64,000 nt of DNA, from IMG/VR virus record IMGVR_UViG_3300047440_000490, positions 730 to 64,729 of that record. The stretch is one strand, 5' to 3'. Of the stretch, positions 35,574 to 43,908 are shown one piece after another. A program made the translations under genes and the position numbers. Source of the DNA: a virus. Taxonomy: Duplodnaviria; Caudoviricetes. Each line of letters begins with the position of its first letter. The first letter of the stretch is position 1. A model generated the notes under the pieces. The model saw only the letters and a list, made by a program, of their open reading frames with translations, ran no database searches and was not told where the DNA came from.

Positions 35574-36584
35574 CTACCGGCCGACGTTCAGTTGGCCGCC
35601 GATGGTTGCAAACGGCTGACCGGTGGCGCCGATGGCCGCATATCGAACAAATCTCCGGAAGTACGTCATCATCTTGTCACGGTCCAGATCCGCACAAATT
35701 TTCAGTTTCTTGAGGAATTCCTTATCCGCACGCTCCGATAGGAATCTCCAGTCGGCGCCAGCGCCGCGAGCGATCCCCTCACCCTTTTGCGCTTCCTTCC
35801 ACTGATAGGCGACTTCCTTCGCGCGCCACATGATCAACTCTTCGTTCAGCGGTGGTGGTACCGTATCGGTCGGCGCCGACAAAAGATCACCGCGGCGCAA
35901 GTACGCGAAGTTGTACGGCCGAACCGCGAGCGGATGTGGCCACAGTTCATAGAGCATGTATCCAAGAGTCGGACTTCCCGCCCGCGCGTCGACCTCGTAG
36001 GGAATCGCAAACGCCGGCAAGTTGAAGTTGGTCCGTTGCGGATCGTCCAATGCCAGATCGTCACGCGTCTTTGTCCAGAAGTCGATCGGTGCGGCATTGA
36101 CCGGATCCTGGATTTCAAAGAACCGTTTGAAGTCGATCACCGGTACCGGGAAATAACACTGATAGACCATGTAGGTCAGTCCGGCGCCGGGAACATCCAT
36201 CCACGGCCGGTCGATCGTGAACGTGTTGACACCATCGAACGCCACGATGTTGTAGATCGAATAGAACGGATTTCGGATCTGAAACGACGTCAGAAGCGGC
36301 AATGTGCCGGCTGTCTGGTACGCGAGCCACGCCGCGGCCGCGGTTGCATCGCCCACGATCTGATCACTGTATGCCGTCGCCGTGATCGTTCCGGCGCTCT
36401 GAATCGGGCTGCCGACCTGGAATAGCAAACCAGGCGTAAGCCAGCCAGATTCCTTGAACTGAAACGACCACATCAGAACGTCGTAGCAGTGACCCAGCGC
36501 CTCGTTGATAAAACTCTGAGCCAGCGGAAATTCCAGGCCCGGTACCTGGCCGTGAAGGCTGAAACTCATGTTTGAATAAGCCAA
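35574..36584 (-). CDS. Head-tail adaptor-like protein
   Basis: FINEAL......WSF and ELWPHP...Y...Y.R...L....D..P motifs. Confidence 0.7.
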   Translation of the reverse strand: MAYSNMSFSLHGQVPGLEFPLAQSFINEALGHCYDVLMWSFQFKESGWLTPGLLFQVGSPIQSAGTITATAYSDQIVGDATAAAAWLAYQTAGTLPLLTSFQIRNPFYSIYNIVAFDGVNTFTIDRPWMDVPGAGLTYMVYQCYFPVPVIDFKRFFEIQDPVNAAPIDFWTKTRDDLALDDPQRTNFNLPAFAIPYEVDARAGSPTLGYMLYELWPHPLAVRPYNFAYLRRGDLLSAPTDTVPPPLNEELIMWRAKEVAYQWKEAQKGEGIARGAGADWRFLSERADKEFLKKLKICADLDRDKMMTYFRRFVRYAAIGATGQPFATIGGQLNVGR

Positions 36585-36595
36585 CGATTTACCTC

Positions 36596-36766
36596 TTACC
36601 GCTTGTTCGCGATCTTTTTCATGTTCTCAGCGAAGACGGCTTCCTTTTTCATGACGCCGCCCTTTTTCTTGCCGGCGGAAATCTTCTTTGCAGTCGCCTT
36701 GCCGAACTTACCGACAGTCCCCTTTTCTTCCATCCCTTCGACTGCTTTCTGAATGAATTTGGCCAT
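36596..36766 (-). CDS. Small basic protein (56 aa, not in ORF track)
   Basis: GGAGG SD. MAKFIQKAVEGMEEKGTVGKFGK...AVFAENMKKIANKR. Confidence 0.7.
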   Translation of the reverse strand: MAKFIQKAVEGMEEKGTVGKFGKATAKKISAGKKKGGVMKKEAVFAENMKKIANKR

Positions 36767-36782
36767 TGCCCCTCCTTAAACG

Positions 36783-36822
36783 AAAATGGCGCCCGTCCGA
36801 AAACCGCCGGACGGACGCCATT
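36783..36822 (-). terminator. Intrinsic terminator after the capsid accessory genes
   Basis: ATGGCGTCCGTCCG/CGGACGGGCGCCAT stem followed by TTT. Confidence 0.55.
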
Positions 36823-36843
36823 GCCCCTTGCTCGTACCCTAAC

Positions 36844-37167
36844 TCAATACGTCCCGCCGAGTCCTCCCAGGACCACGGTTTCAGCGGATAGATTGACTCC
36901 ATTTGCGACCTCGGCGCCGGTTGCGAACACGATCCAGCGCAACTTCCAGGTCTGGCGTGGACCGGGACCTGAAGGAATTGGCTGGACCGTGAACGTACCG
37001 CTAACCGTGATCGCGCCGTGCAGAACATCGATGTAGTTCTGGAAGGCATTGATCGAAACCGGATCCCTGGTGGCCTGGGAGTAGGATGTCGGTCCCGTCC
37101 CAAAGCCAGCGAAGGCAAGCCGTTTTCCGATCCTGTCGGGATAACCCTTATACAGTTGCAGATTCAT
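36844..37167 (-). CDS. Head decoration-like protein
   Basis: GP.SY and EVANGVNLS motifs. Downstream of the capsid gene. Confidence 0.6.
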   Translation of the reverse strand: MNLQLYKGYPDRIGKRLAFAGFGTGPTSYSQATRDPVSINAFQNYIDVLHGAITVSGTFTVQPIPSGPGPRQTWKLRWIVFATGAEVANGVNLSAETVVLGGLGGTY

Positions 37168-37175
37168 GCGACTCC

Positions 37176-37775
37176 TTACCCTTGCAGTGAAGGCTGATCC
37201 ATCAGCACAAGGCCCAGTGTGTTCGGGCTTGGCGGAGACAGCGCGACACCCAGATTTGCGGCGTCGATGGTCTGAGCCGTCGTGTCCTGTCCGACACCGA
37301 GTGTCGTATAGGTGATCACGTCGCCCGTTGCCGGAGCGGCCTTCTGCAGTGTGGCGCCCATCAGCACGCTTGCAACACCGAGCTCCTGAACGAAGCCGTA
37401 GTTGCCAGGCGTGATCGCGTTCAAGAACACCACGACGTGGGCCCCGACGATGCCCTTGTCGAAACTGGTGACGCGATTCAGCTGGGGTTGTCCACCGGCC
37501 AGCATCAGACCGACAGTTCCGACCTTGACGTTGCTCGACGTCGCGCCGGAGTCGACCAGAACGCGTCGATATCGGCCGGCATGGAGTTGCACCTGTGGCA
37601 ACGTCGTGTAGGACAACTGATTGGCTTCGGATTCGGTCAAGTCAAAGAAGTCGCCCAGGTTCAGTCCACCGGCAAAAATCGGATTGCCAGTGCGAAGATC
37701 GGTCAGAGACGTCGGAGACGTATCATTGGCCGCGTTGAGAGCAAACCATGTGGGAAGAATTGGTTGAAAAGGCAA
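37176..37775 (-). CDS. Capsid cement/decoration-like protein
   Basis: G.YR.V and ITPGNYGFVQ..G motifs. Immediately after the capsid gene. Confidence 0.6.
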   Translation of the reverse strand: MPFQPILPTWFALNAANDTSPTSLTDLRTGNPIFAGGLNLGDFFDLTESEANQLSYTTLPQVQLHAGRYRRVLVDSGATSSNVKVGTVGLMLAGGQPQLNRVTSFDKGIVGAHVVVFLNAITPGNYGFVQELGVASVLMGATLQKAAPATGDVITYTTLGVGQDTTAQTIDAANLGVALSPPSPNTLGLVLMDQPSLQG

Positions 37776-37787
37776 TGTCGTTCTCCT

Positions 37788-39026
37788 TTAAGCCTGGAAG
37801 CCGTACGCCTGAGCGTTGTGGCGTGGCATGACGTTGTAAAGGTTCGTGCCCAGTCGCATAAACAGGGCGTCCATGCTGACGTTGTTCGGCATCGGCGCCC
37901 GACGCAGTCCGTAGTTCCAGCCCTTCTTGTTCGTCGGCCGAATCTTGAAGGATGACGCCTCGAGGAAGAACAACACTTCGCCGACCGTGATTGTCGTGTT
38001 CGAAGGGATATTGGATCCGGTCAGAGAAATTGCACCGGTGGCCAATCCTGCGTACGTGGGCGACAGGAACGATCCTGTCTGCGTCGACAGGCCGGAGCCG
38101 TCGACGAGATTGTTGTTTCCACCGATACCGCCTGTTGCTGCCAGCGACAGGAAGTCGGCTGCCAGGGACGAGGGAGCCAGCGGATCGGCGAAGATTTCAA
38201 CGCCGTTGAACGTCAAACCATCCCACTGAATATCGTGGTTCTTGTTGGACACGTCGCGCCGTTGCGCATCGAGCGCGTTGGCGATCGCGACAAATCCAAG
38301 CACGTTGGTAATACCCAGGTCGGGCTTACCGCCGGTGACTGTGGTCTGACCCCAGAGGCGCATCAGCGCGTTGAAGTCGATCTGGCCGGGAGTACCGGAG
38401 GAATTTCCAAGGAACAGCGGCACGCTGTTCAGTGCCGGCCCGATGACCGTGTTTCGTGTGGCGCCACCGTAGGTCGTGAAGATGTTTCCATCCCACGACG
38501 GATCGACACCGTTATTCAACGCCTCGGACAGTCCGTTGGAGTTGAGAACGCGATTCTGGGAAACGCCGGTACCGGAGGCCTGACCGTGACGGAACGAGTC
38601 CATCTCCAACATGGTGTTGATCATCTCGACCATGTTTTCCATCAGGATCTGGTACTGGTTCGCGATCATCGACGGACCAGAGTTGATCACGCCGCCGGTA
38701 CCGGAGCCGTCATCGAGCTCCCAGTCATCGAGCGGGTTCCAGGAGACGTAGGCCTTTGGCTGGAACTTCATACCTGTGTTCTGCTGCTGACGGGTGACCG
38801 TCACCGTAGAACCAGGAGCAACCGCGGCGCCCTGGGGACGTCCGTAGATGAAACCTTCGAACATTCCCGAACCGCCCAGGAACGGATCCCAGACGCCGGC
38901 ACGTCGCAGCTTCGCCTGAAACGGCGTGTCGACGAACAGGTTCTGGAACACGACGTTCTTCCGGACCGATTCCAGATTTGTCGCGTCGATTTCGTTATAG
39001 AGCGGATCACCTAGAGTAAAAGGCAT
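37788..39026 (-). CDS. Major capsid protein
   Basis: 412 aa, follows the scaffold gene. NGL, YGG..R, PDL.IT, F.GV.I..D and PRH patterns. Confidence 0.8.
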   Translation of the reverse strand: MPFTLGDPLYNEIDATNLESVRKNVVFQNLFVDTPFQAKLRRAGVWDPFLGGSGMFEGFIYGRPQGAAVAPGSTVTVTRQQQNTGMKFQPKAYVSWNPLDDWELDDGSGTGGVINSGPSMIANQYQILMENMVEMINTMLEMDSFRHGQASGTGVSQNRVLNSNGLSEALNNGVDPSWDGNIFTTYGGATRNTVIGPALNSVPLFLGNSSGTPGQIDFNALMRLWGQTTVTGGKPDLGITNVLGFVAIANALDAQRRDVSNKNHDIQWDGLTFNGVEIFADPLAPSSLAADFLSLAATGGIGGNNNLVDGSGLSTQTGSFLSPTYAGLATGAISLTGSNIPSNTTITVGEVLFFLEASSFKIRPTNKKGWNYGLRRAPMPNNVSMDALFMRLGTNLYNVMPRHNAQAYGFQA

Positions 39027-39042
39027 TGAGAAACTCCTTCAG

Positions 39043-39900
39043 CTAGTTCACGGTCGAACTGGCGTTCTGCGCGATGTCCTGGTTAATGAGCGACTGTGTG
39101 TACTGGTGTCGCTCCTGTTTGCTCATGGAGAGCGGATCCTTAACTGTCTTGGAATCCACACCCTTTCTCAGATTCGTAAACTCCGACGGTGCGCCCATCC
39201 GCACGTTCGGGTTATTGCCGAGGCGTTCGACCAGTTCGCGTTCCTTTTTCTGGAAACGCTCGTTGACCTGCTTTTCGATTTCGGCATTCTGGCGTGTCGC
39301 AACGATCTCGGCACGCTTGGCCTCGAAGTTGTACTTCTGCGCGACATGGTCACGGAACTTCATGTGCCGGCCTTCGGCTTCGGCCGAAAGTGTTTCGATG
39401 TCGTCCGGGATCGGAGCTCCGTGCAGCCGCTGATACTCGCTGACCGCCCATGTGGCATTGGCCACCGCGCGGAGGCCCTCTTCCTTCGTCATAAACGAGG
39501 GGGAACCCGGTACCACGTTTGTATTGGCAACGTATCCGTTGGGATTGGGATTCGGGTTCGGATTGGGATTCGCGTTCCGGTTGTATCCGGGAGCTTCCTT
39601 GGGAATAAAACCGTTAGCGCGACCCTGTTCGTTCTGAGTGCGATAGAACTGGAGCTCGGCTTCGAGCATCGTTTTTTCGTTGCCCCACTGATCCAGCGCC
39701 GGCGCGATCTTCGTGTCGTACTGCTGGGCCTGTGCACGCTGGGCCGTTTCGGCCTGTTCCTTCAGTTGCGCGGCCGACTGACGGGCCTGTTCTGCGGTTG
39801 TCAGAACGGTGTCGAAGCCGGCGATAATTCGGGCATCGAGCCCGGCGATCTGTTCGTCGGTGAGTCCGGAAGCTTTCAATGTTTCTGCAACGGTTGGCAT
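39043..39900 (-). CDS. Scaffolding protein (with NP repeat)
   Basis: Coiled coil, located just before the capsid gene. Confidence 0.65.
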   Translation of the reverse strand: MPTVAETLKASGLTDEQIAGLDARIIAGFDTVLTTAEQARQSAAQLKEQAETAQRAQAQQYDTKIAPALDQWGNEKTMLEAELQFYRTQNEQGRANGFIPKEAPGYNRNANPNPNPNPNPNGYVANTNVVPGSPSFMTKEEGLRAVANATWAVSEYQRLHGAPIPDDIETLSAEAEGRHMKFRDHVAQKYNFEAKRAEIVATRQNAEIEKQVNERFQKKERELVERLGNNPNVRMGAPSEFTNLRKGVDSKTVKDPLSMSKQERHQYTQSLINQDIAQNASSTVN

Positions 39901-39909
39901 ACTTTCTCC

Positions 39910-40188
39910 TTAAACGGGTGGGTTCTGCTCCGGTCCTGGTTGCGGAGCCTGGGACAGCATTGCCGATTGCGCTTCCTGGATTCCCGCCGCGGCCTTTTCA
40001 AGTCCTGCCGACAGCACAGGAGATTCCTGCGAGAGTCGTTTCAGAACCTGGTAAATCTGGGCGAGTATGACTTGCTGGGGATTCGCTGGTGCCTGAGATG
40101 GTGGGGCGCCGCCTGGCGCGCCTCCGGGAGCGCCGCCTTGTGGCGGTGGTGCTCCTCCTCCCATCGGCGGTGGGGTAGGTGACGACAT
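39910..40188 (-). CDS. Pro/Gly/Gln-rich small protein
   Basis: Directly follows the stop of the preceding small gene. Confidence 0.6.
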   Translation of the reverse strand: MSSPTPPPMGGGAPPPQGGAPGGAPGGAPPSQAPANPQQVILAQIYQVLKRLSQESPVLSAGLEKAAAGIQEAQSAMLSQAPQPGPEQNPPV

Positions 40189-40287
40189 TTACTTTTTGCG
40201 TCCCTTTCGTCCGCCACGCTTCATACCACCAGCCATCTTGCGCATGTGCGGCTTGTGAGCGGACACGATCTTCGTTTTCTTCCCCAT
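40189..40287 (-). CDS. 32-aa highly basic peptide (not in ORF track)
   Basis: GAGGAG SD. MGKKTKIVSAHKPHMRKMAGGMKRGGRKGRKK. Confidence 0.6.
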   Translation of the reverse strand: MGKKTKIVSAHKPHMRKMAGGMKRGGRKGRKK

Positions 40288-40303
40288 CGCTTCTCCTCGG
40301 GCC

Positions 40304-40342
40304 AAAAAAATCGGCCCAACAACAATTCGTTGCTGAGGCCGA
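40304..40342 (-). terminator. Intrinsic terminator in the leader of the head genes
   Basis: TCGGCCTCAGCAAC-GAATT-GTTGTTGGGCCGA-TTTTTTT. Confidence 0.8.
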
Positions 40343-40389
40343 CTTTGGATCTCTCGCGAGAGAGGCAAAACGGAATCTCGTGACGCACA

Positions 40390-40420
40390 AGAATTACGCC
40401 AACAGATTCAACACTGTCAA
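40390..40420 (-). promoter_or_regulatory. Candidate promoter for the head genes
   Basis: Perfect TTGACA at 40420-40415. Weak -10 (GTAATT/TAATTC). Confidence 0.45.
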
Positions 40421-40427
40421 CCGAATT

Positions 40428-40661
40428 CTACTGCATGCCTAAAATTTCGCGGATCTTATCGCGCTCCGGAGACGTCGCGCGGGTGCGCTCAATGAGAACA
40501 ATCGTGCGAATTCCGCCTTCCTTGAGAGACAACGTCAACTGTCCAGTCGTCCGCTGGGATCGGACAACTGAAATCAATTTCTCGATCGACACGCTCGAGT
40601 CCAACACGGTTTCCGTAATCAGGTAATCTTCGTTCTTTTTGATGATCGCGTCAGTATTCAT
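40428..40661 (-). CDS. Small DUF2292/YezD-like protein
   Basis: TGQLTLSLKEGGIRTIVLIE beta-hairpin pattern. Confidence 0.5.
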   Translation of the reverse strand: MNTDAIIKKNEDYLITETVLDSSVSIEKLISVVRSQRTTGQLTLSLKEGGIRTIVLIERTRATSPERDKIREILGMQ

Positions 40662-42820
40662 TTGCTGGTTTTGATGACCGGCCGCGGATTGGTTTTCTTA
40701 TCCTTGACGATAAGTTTCGGTGGCGCCTGGTCCGATGCCGGTCGGCCGCCTCCGTGAACGCCCTGGTGTGGTGGTGATTTTTGCGGCGCGCCGGGGCCGC
40801 CTCCGCTTGGCGCACCGCCGCCTTCTGGTGGAGGCGCACCGTTGGGAGAAGCACCACTGTCGGGACCACCGATGCCGAGCTCGGCGGCGAACTGACGTTC
40901 CTGCGCAAGAATCGCGATCTGGATCTTCTTCCAGTTCACCCACTTTTCAAACTCGGTATCGCCAGGAATCTCACCGAAGTTTTCAATCCCCAGTTTCTTT
41001 GCGACCGTATGCGGCGATATCGGAAAGTCGCGGCTGTAGAGTGCCATATACTTCGCCTGTTCCTGCGCCTGTGTGATCTTCAGCAACGTCGACGGAACCG
41101 AAACGAGTCGAAGTTTCTTGGCAAAACTGCGTGCGCGCGTGAGCTGGTCGTACATCGACGCTCGGCTGACGACTTCGCCTTCGACCATATCGAAAGGCAA
41201 TTCCCCGTTTACATACTCGTCTATCAGATGGGACGGAATCATGCTGGAGGGATCGAAGTCCATCAGAACGGAGGTGACCTTGTCGGGCCCAACGTATTCG
41301 ATGATCCTGGCCGTATCCATCCACTGAGGGATCATCACCTTGAGCATGTTGGCCACTTTGGCGTTGCCCGATTCCATCGACGTCGCAATTCCTTTTGCGA
41401 TCGGGCCAACGCTTTCCAGTGCCTTGTCGAAACTGTCGGGCGATAGATTCAGTTTCGCGTCCATCAGCGAACCAAGGTCGTTGATGCCCAACTGCCGTTC
41501 TTCCTGCTCCTTTAGGAATTGCTGAAACTTGTAATTCGTATCGGTGATCTGGACTTCGTCAGGTAGGAGCGACTGAAAGGTTTGCTTCGGGATCCCGTCG
41601 CCACCCATGCGAACGTTGGGCTCGAAGATATCGAAGTTTTCAACTTTCGGGCCACCCGTCGATGTTCGATCGTAGCCCATCGGCGGATTCATGCGCGCGG
41701 TTAGTACTTCGTCCATTCCACGTTCATGCTTGCGCTTTGTCTGCTCAACCGAACTGACCGATTCCACCAGCGACAGCCCTAACGCTTCCCACGGCCAGTC
41801 GTCGACGGTATAGGCTACGGCCGGCATTTTCCCGTGCCAGTCAAACGCCGGCCCGTCATACATCGGCATCGACACTCCGGGATTGGTGATCATCAGGCGA
41901 AGATTGGGATACACACGGCAGTCCTGCAGTTGCGCTTTACGCATGACGTGCTGATTGTTCAGGACACCGCCGGGAATGTCCTGGCCCAGCGTCGGCACCT
42001 TGTAAAACCAACTGGTGTCAACATCGCCCATCGGTAGTTCGAACCCAGTTTTGTTGATCCGAAGATCACGGACGAACGTGTAACGGATTTCGCAGTACAG
42101 GTTTCCCCAGTTTCTGGTTTCTCCGCCGTATCGAAACTTCTCGGCCCAGTCCAGCCGCTTTGCCGTCAAGCGCGAAGGATACGTGCATTGATTCACCGGC
42201 AACAGGCTTGCCTGAAACAACGGGAATCGCGCGTGAGCTTCGGCGATCGGCATGTACTCGTAGATGGTGACTGCGTAGGCTTCCTGGATATCGTTGTTTG
42301 CCGGTACCTGAACCGGAAGCACATCGAGCAATCCCAGGGCATCGAAAATGATCTGTCGTTCGCCGAAGCCATAATCCTCGGCTTTGCATTTGGGCCAAAG
42401 ATATCCAACGCCGGTAACGGCGGCCCACTGAAGAGCCTTGCGCAACTGCCGCGGAAACTGAGCCTCCGTGTAGATGCACTTCATCACGTTGTTTTCGATT
42501 TCAGCGAATTGCTTATACTGTGTGGCGTCTGAACCGACAGTACCGATTTCGCGAACGTCGGAGATGGTTTCGACAAACTTGCGGATGTTGTACTTCAGGT
42601 CATTACTGACCAGAGTCGATCGCCGGCGATCATTGAAGATGCCGTCGAATATCCTCATGTTGTGGGCCAGGTTCCGGTAGGAGCGCTGGCCGGAGATGTA
42701 ACCCTCACCCTCTTGGATGGCTTCCTCTACCCAGCCGAGGCGAATCGTCGGGGCTGCCTCAAAAGGTGGTACCTGCCAGCTTGTGCTTGTGGGCAGGACT
42801 TCTCGAAGTACGACGCTCAT
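40658..42820 (-). CDS. Portal protein
   Basis: 720 aa, between terminase and scaffold, with Pro/Gly-rich tail and NPP motif. Confidence 0.8.
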   Translation of the reverse strand: MSVVLREVLPTSTSWQVPPFEAAPTIRLGWVEEAIQEGEGYISGQRSYRNLAHNMRIFDGIFNDRRRSTLVSNDLKYNIRKFVETISDVREIGTVGSDATQYKQFAEIENNVMKCIYTEAQFPRQLRKALQWAAVTGVGYLWPKCKAEDYGFGERQIIFDALGLLDVLPVQVPANNDIQEAYAVTIYEYMPIAEAHARFPLFQASLLPVNQCTYPSRLTAKRLDWAEKFRYGGETRNWGNLYCEIRYTFVRDLRINKTGFELPMGDVDTSWFYKVPTLGQDIPGGVLNNQHVMRKAQLQDCRVYPNLRLMITNPGVSMPMYDGPAFDWHGKMPAVAYTVDDWPWEALGLSLVESVSSVEQTKRKHERGMDEVLTARMNPPMGYDRTSTGGPKVENFDIFEPNVRMGGDGIPKQTFQSLLPDEVQITDTNYKFQQFLKEQEERQLGINDLGSLMDAKLNLSPDSFDKALESVGPIAKGIATSMESGNAKVANMLKVMIPQWMDTARIIEYVGPDKVTSVLMDFDPSSMIPSHLIDEYVNGELPFDMVEGEVVSRASMYDQLTRARSFAKKLRLVSVPSTLLKITQAQEQAKYMALYSRDFPISPHTVAKKLGIENFGEIPGDTEFEKWVNWKKIQIAILAQERQFAAELGIGGPDSGASPNGAPPPEGGGAPSGGGPGAPQKSPPHQGVHGGGRPASDQAPPKLIVKDKKTNPRPVIKTSK

Positions 42821-43158
42821 ACTTTTTCCTCAACAGGCACGTTGAACGATCGGCGAGTGTGATAGCCACCTGTTGGGGTTCTCAATTTTTCGTCGTCGGG
42901 ATCGCCTTTATCCAGAACCCAGAATCGTGCACCGTACGGGATTTCAATCAAGTCTGGCAATGTGTAGAATTTTTTGCAGTCGTAACATCCTGGAGGCGTG
43001 GGACTCCAGTTCCCTTCGAAGAAACCGTTGTACCAGATTCCAATACGGCCATCTGGCGCAATAACCATGTTGTTTCCGCTGTGTCCGTCGTCAGACAGCC
43101 GACCGGTACCACAATTCGGACACATCAGCGGCCTACACTCTTCGTAAGTGAAACTCAT
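42817..43158 (-). CDS. Hypothetical protein
   Basis: Coupled to both neighbours. Confidence 0.6.
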   Translation of the reverse strand: MSFTYEECRPLMCPNCGTGRLSDDGHSGNNMVIAPDGRIGIWYNGFFEGNWSPTPPGCYDCKKFYTLPDLIEIPYGARFWVLDKGDPDDEKLRTPTGGYHTRRSFNVPVEEKV

Positions 43159-43637
43159 CAGTGTCCATCCTCATATCCGACGATATGCTGGAAACTCTCG
43201 CGCTTCATCTTCTTGTTTTCCCAATCCTCGTCGAGTCTGGCGATCGCAGCGCGACAGAACTCGCGATTGACTTCGTTTCGCGCGTTCATCATGGACGTGA
43301 CCAGTTCGGCGCGTACCTGTTGACGAATTGGACCCTCAATGGATTCGCGCTGTTCGTCGGTCATTTCGTTTTCGCGCTTTTCCTGCTCGCGATATTTCTT
43401 GTCCCAGCGATCGACTTCCGACGCCGTCCTGCAGACGATCTTCTCGAATCCCATTCTTGCGAACAGCGAAGGAAGCGGGAATTGCTCCGGAGCTCCGACC
43501 ATGATCCGGCCGGTCGACTTCTGGTGATAGAACACGATCGCGATCTTCTTGACGGCCGGCCGACTCTGGCCAGGGATCCAGATTTCGGGCGCTCGCTGGC
43601 GCGGCGCCATGCTCGCTGGTAAGAAGAGCTTTGTCAT
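43158..43637 (-). CDS. Hypothetical protein
   Basis: Coupled to both neighbours. Confidence 0.65.
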   Translation of the reverse strand: MTKLFLPASMAPRQRAPEIWIPGQSRPAVKKIAIVFYHQKSTGRIMVGAPEQFPLPSLFARMGFEKIVCRTASEVDRWDKKYREQEKRENEMTDEQRESIEGPIRQQVRAELVTSMMNARNEVNREFCRAAIARLDEDWENKKMKRESFQHIVGYEDGH

Positions 43638-43879
43638 CGCTTATACGGTAACGCCTTCTCCGAGACTTTCTTCGAAGGCGGTGCTTTCGCAATCGATCGG
43701 TTCGGAATCCCGCTGGACACTTGTTTCCGGGAATTGACGATATCGTTAATCTTGCCCTGAGTGGCCTTGTTCTTTGCCGTCTTCGCAACGTCGGAAGCGG
43801 TCTGTTGCTGCTTTGCGTACTGTGTCGCCAAGCTATCCTGCTCCGCGATTGGCCCGACGCTTTTCTCTGGGGTATCCAT
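43634..43879 (-). CDS. Hypothetical basic protein
   Basis: GGAG SD. Confidence 0.6.
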   Translation of the reverse strand: MDTPEKSVGPIAEQDSLATQYAKQQQTASDVAKTAKNKATQGKINDIVNSRKQVSSGIPNRSIAKAPPSKKVSEKALPYKR

Positions 43880-43908
43880 GTTTTTGTTTCTCCAGACTTG
43901 GGTAGTGG

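Noticed and set aside
39536-39576. Hexamer repeat encoding NPNPNP in the scaffold gene
   Set aside because: Degenerate at synonymous positions and in frame, so a protein linker rather than a contingency locus.
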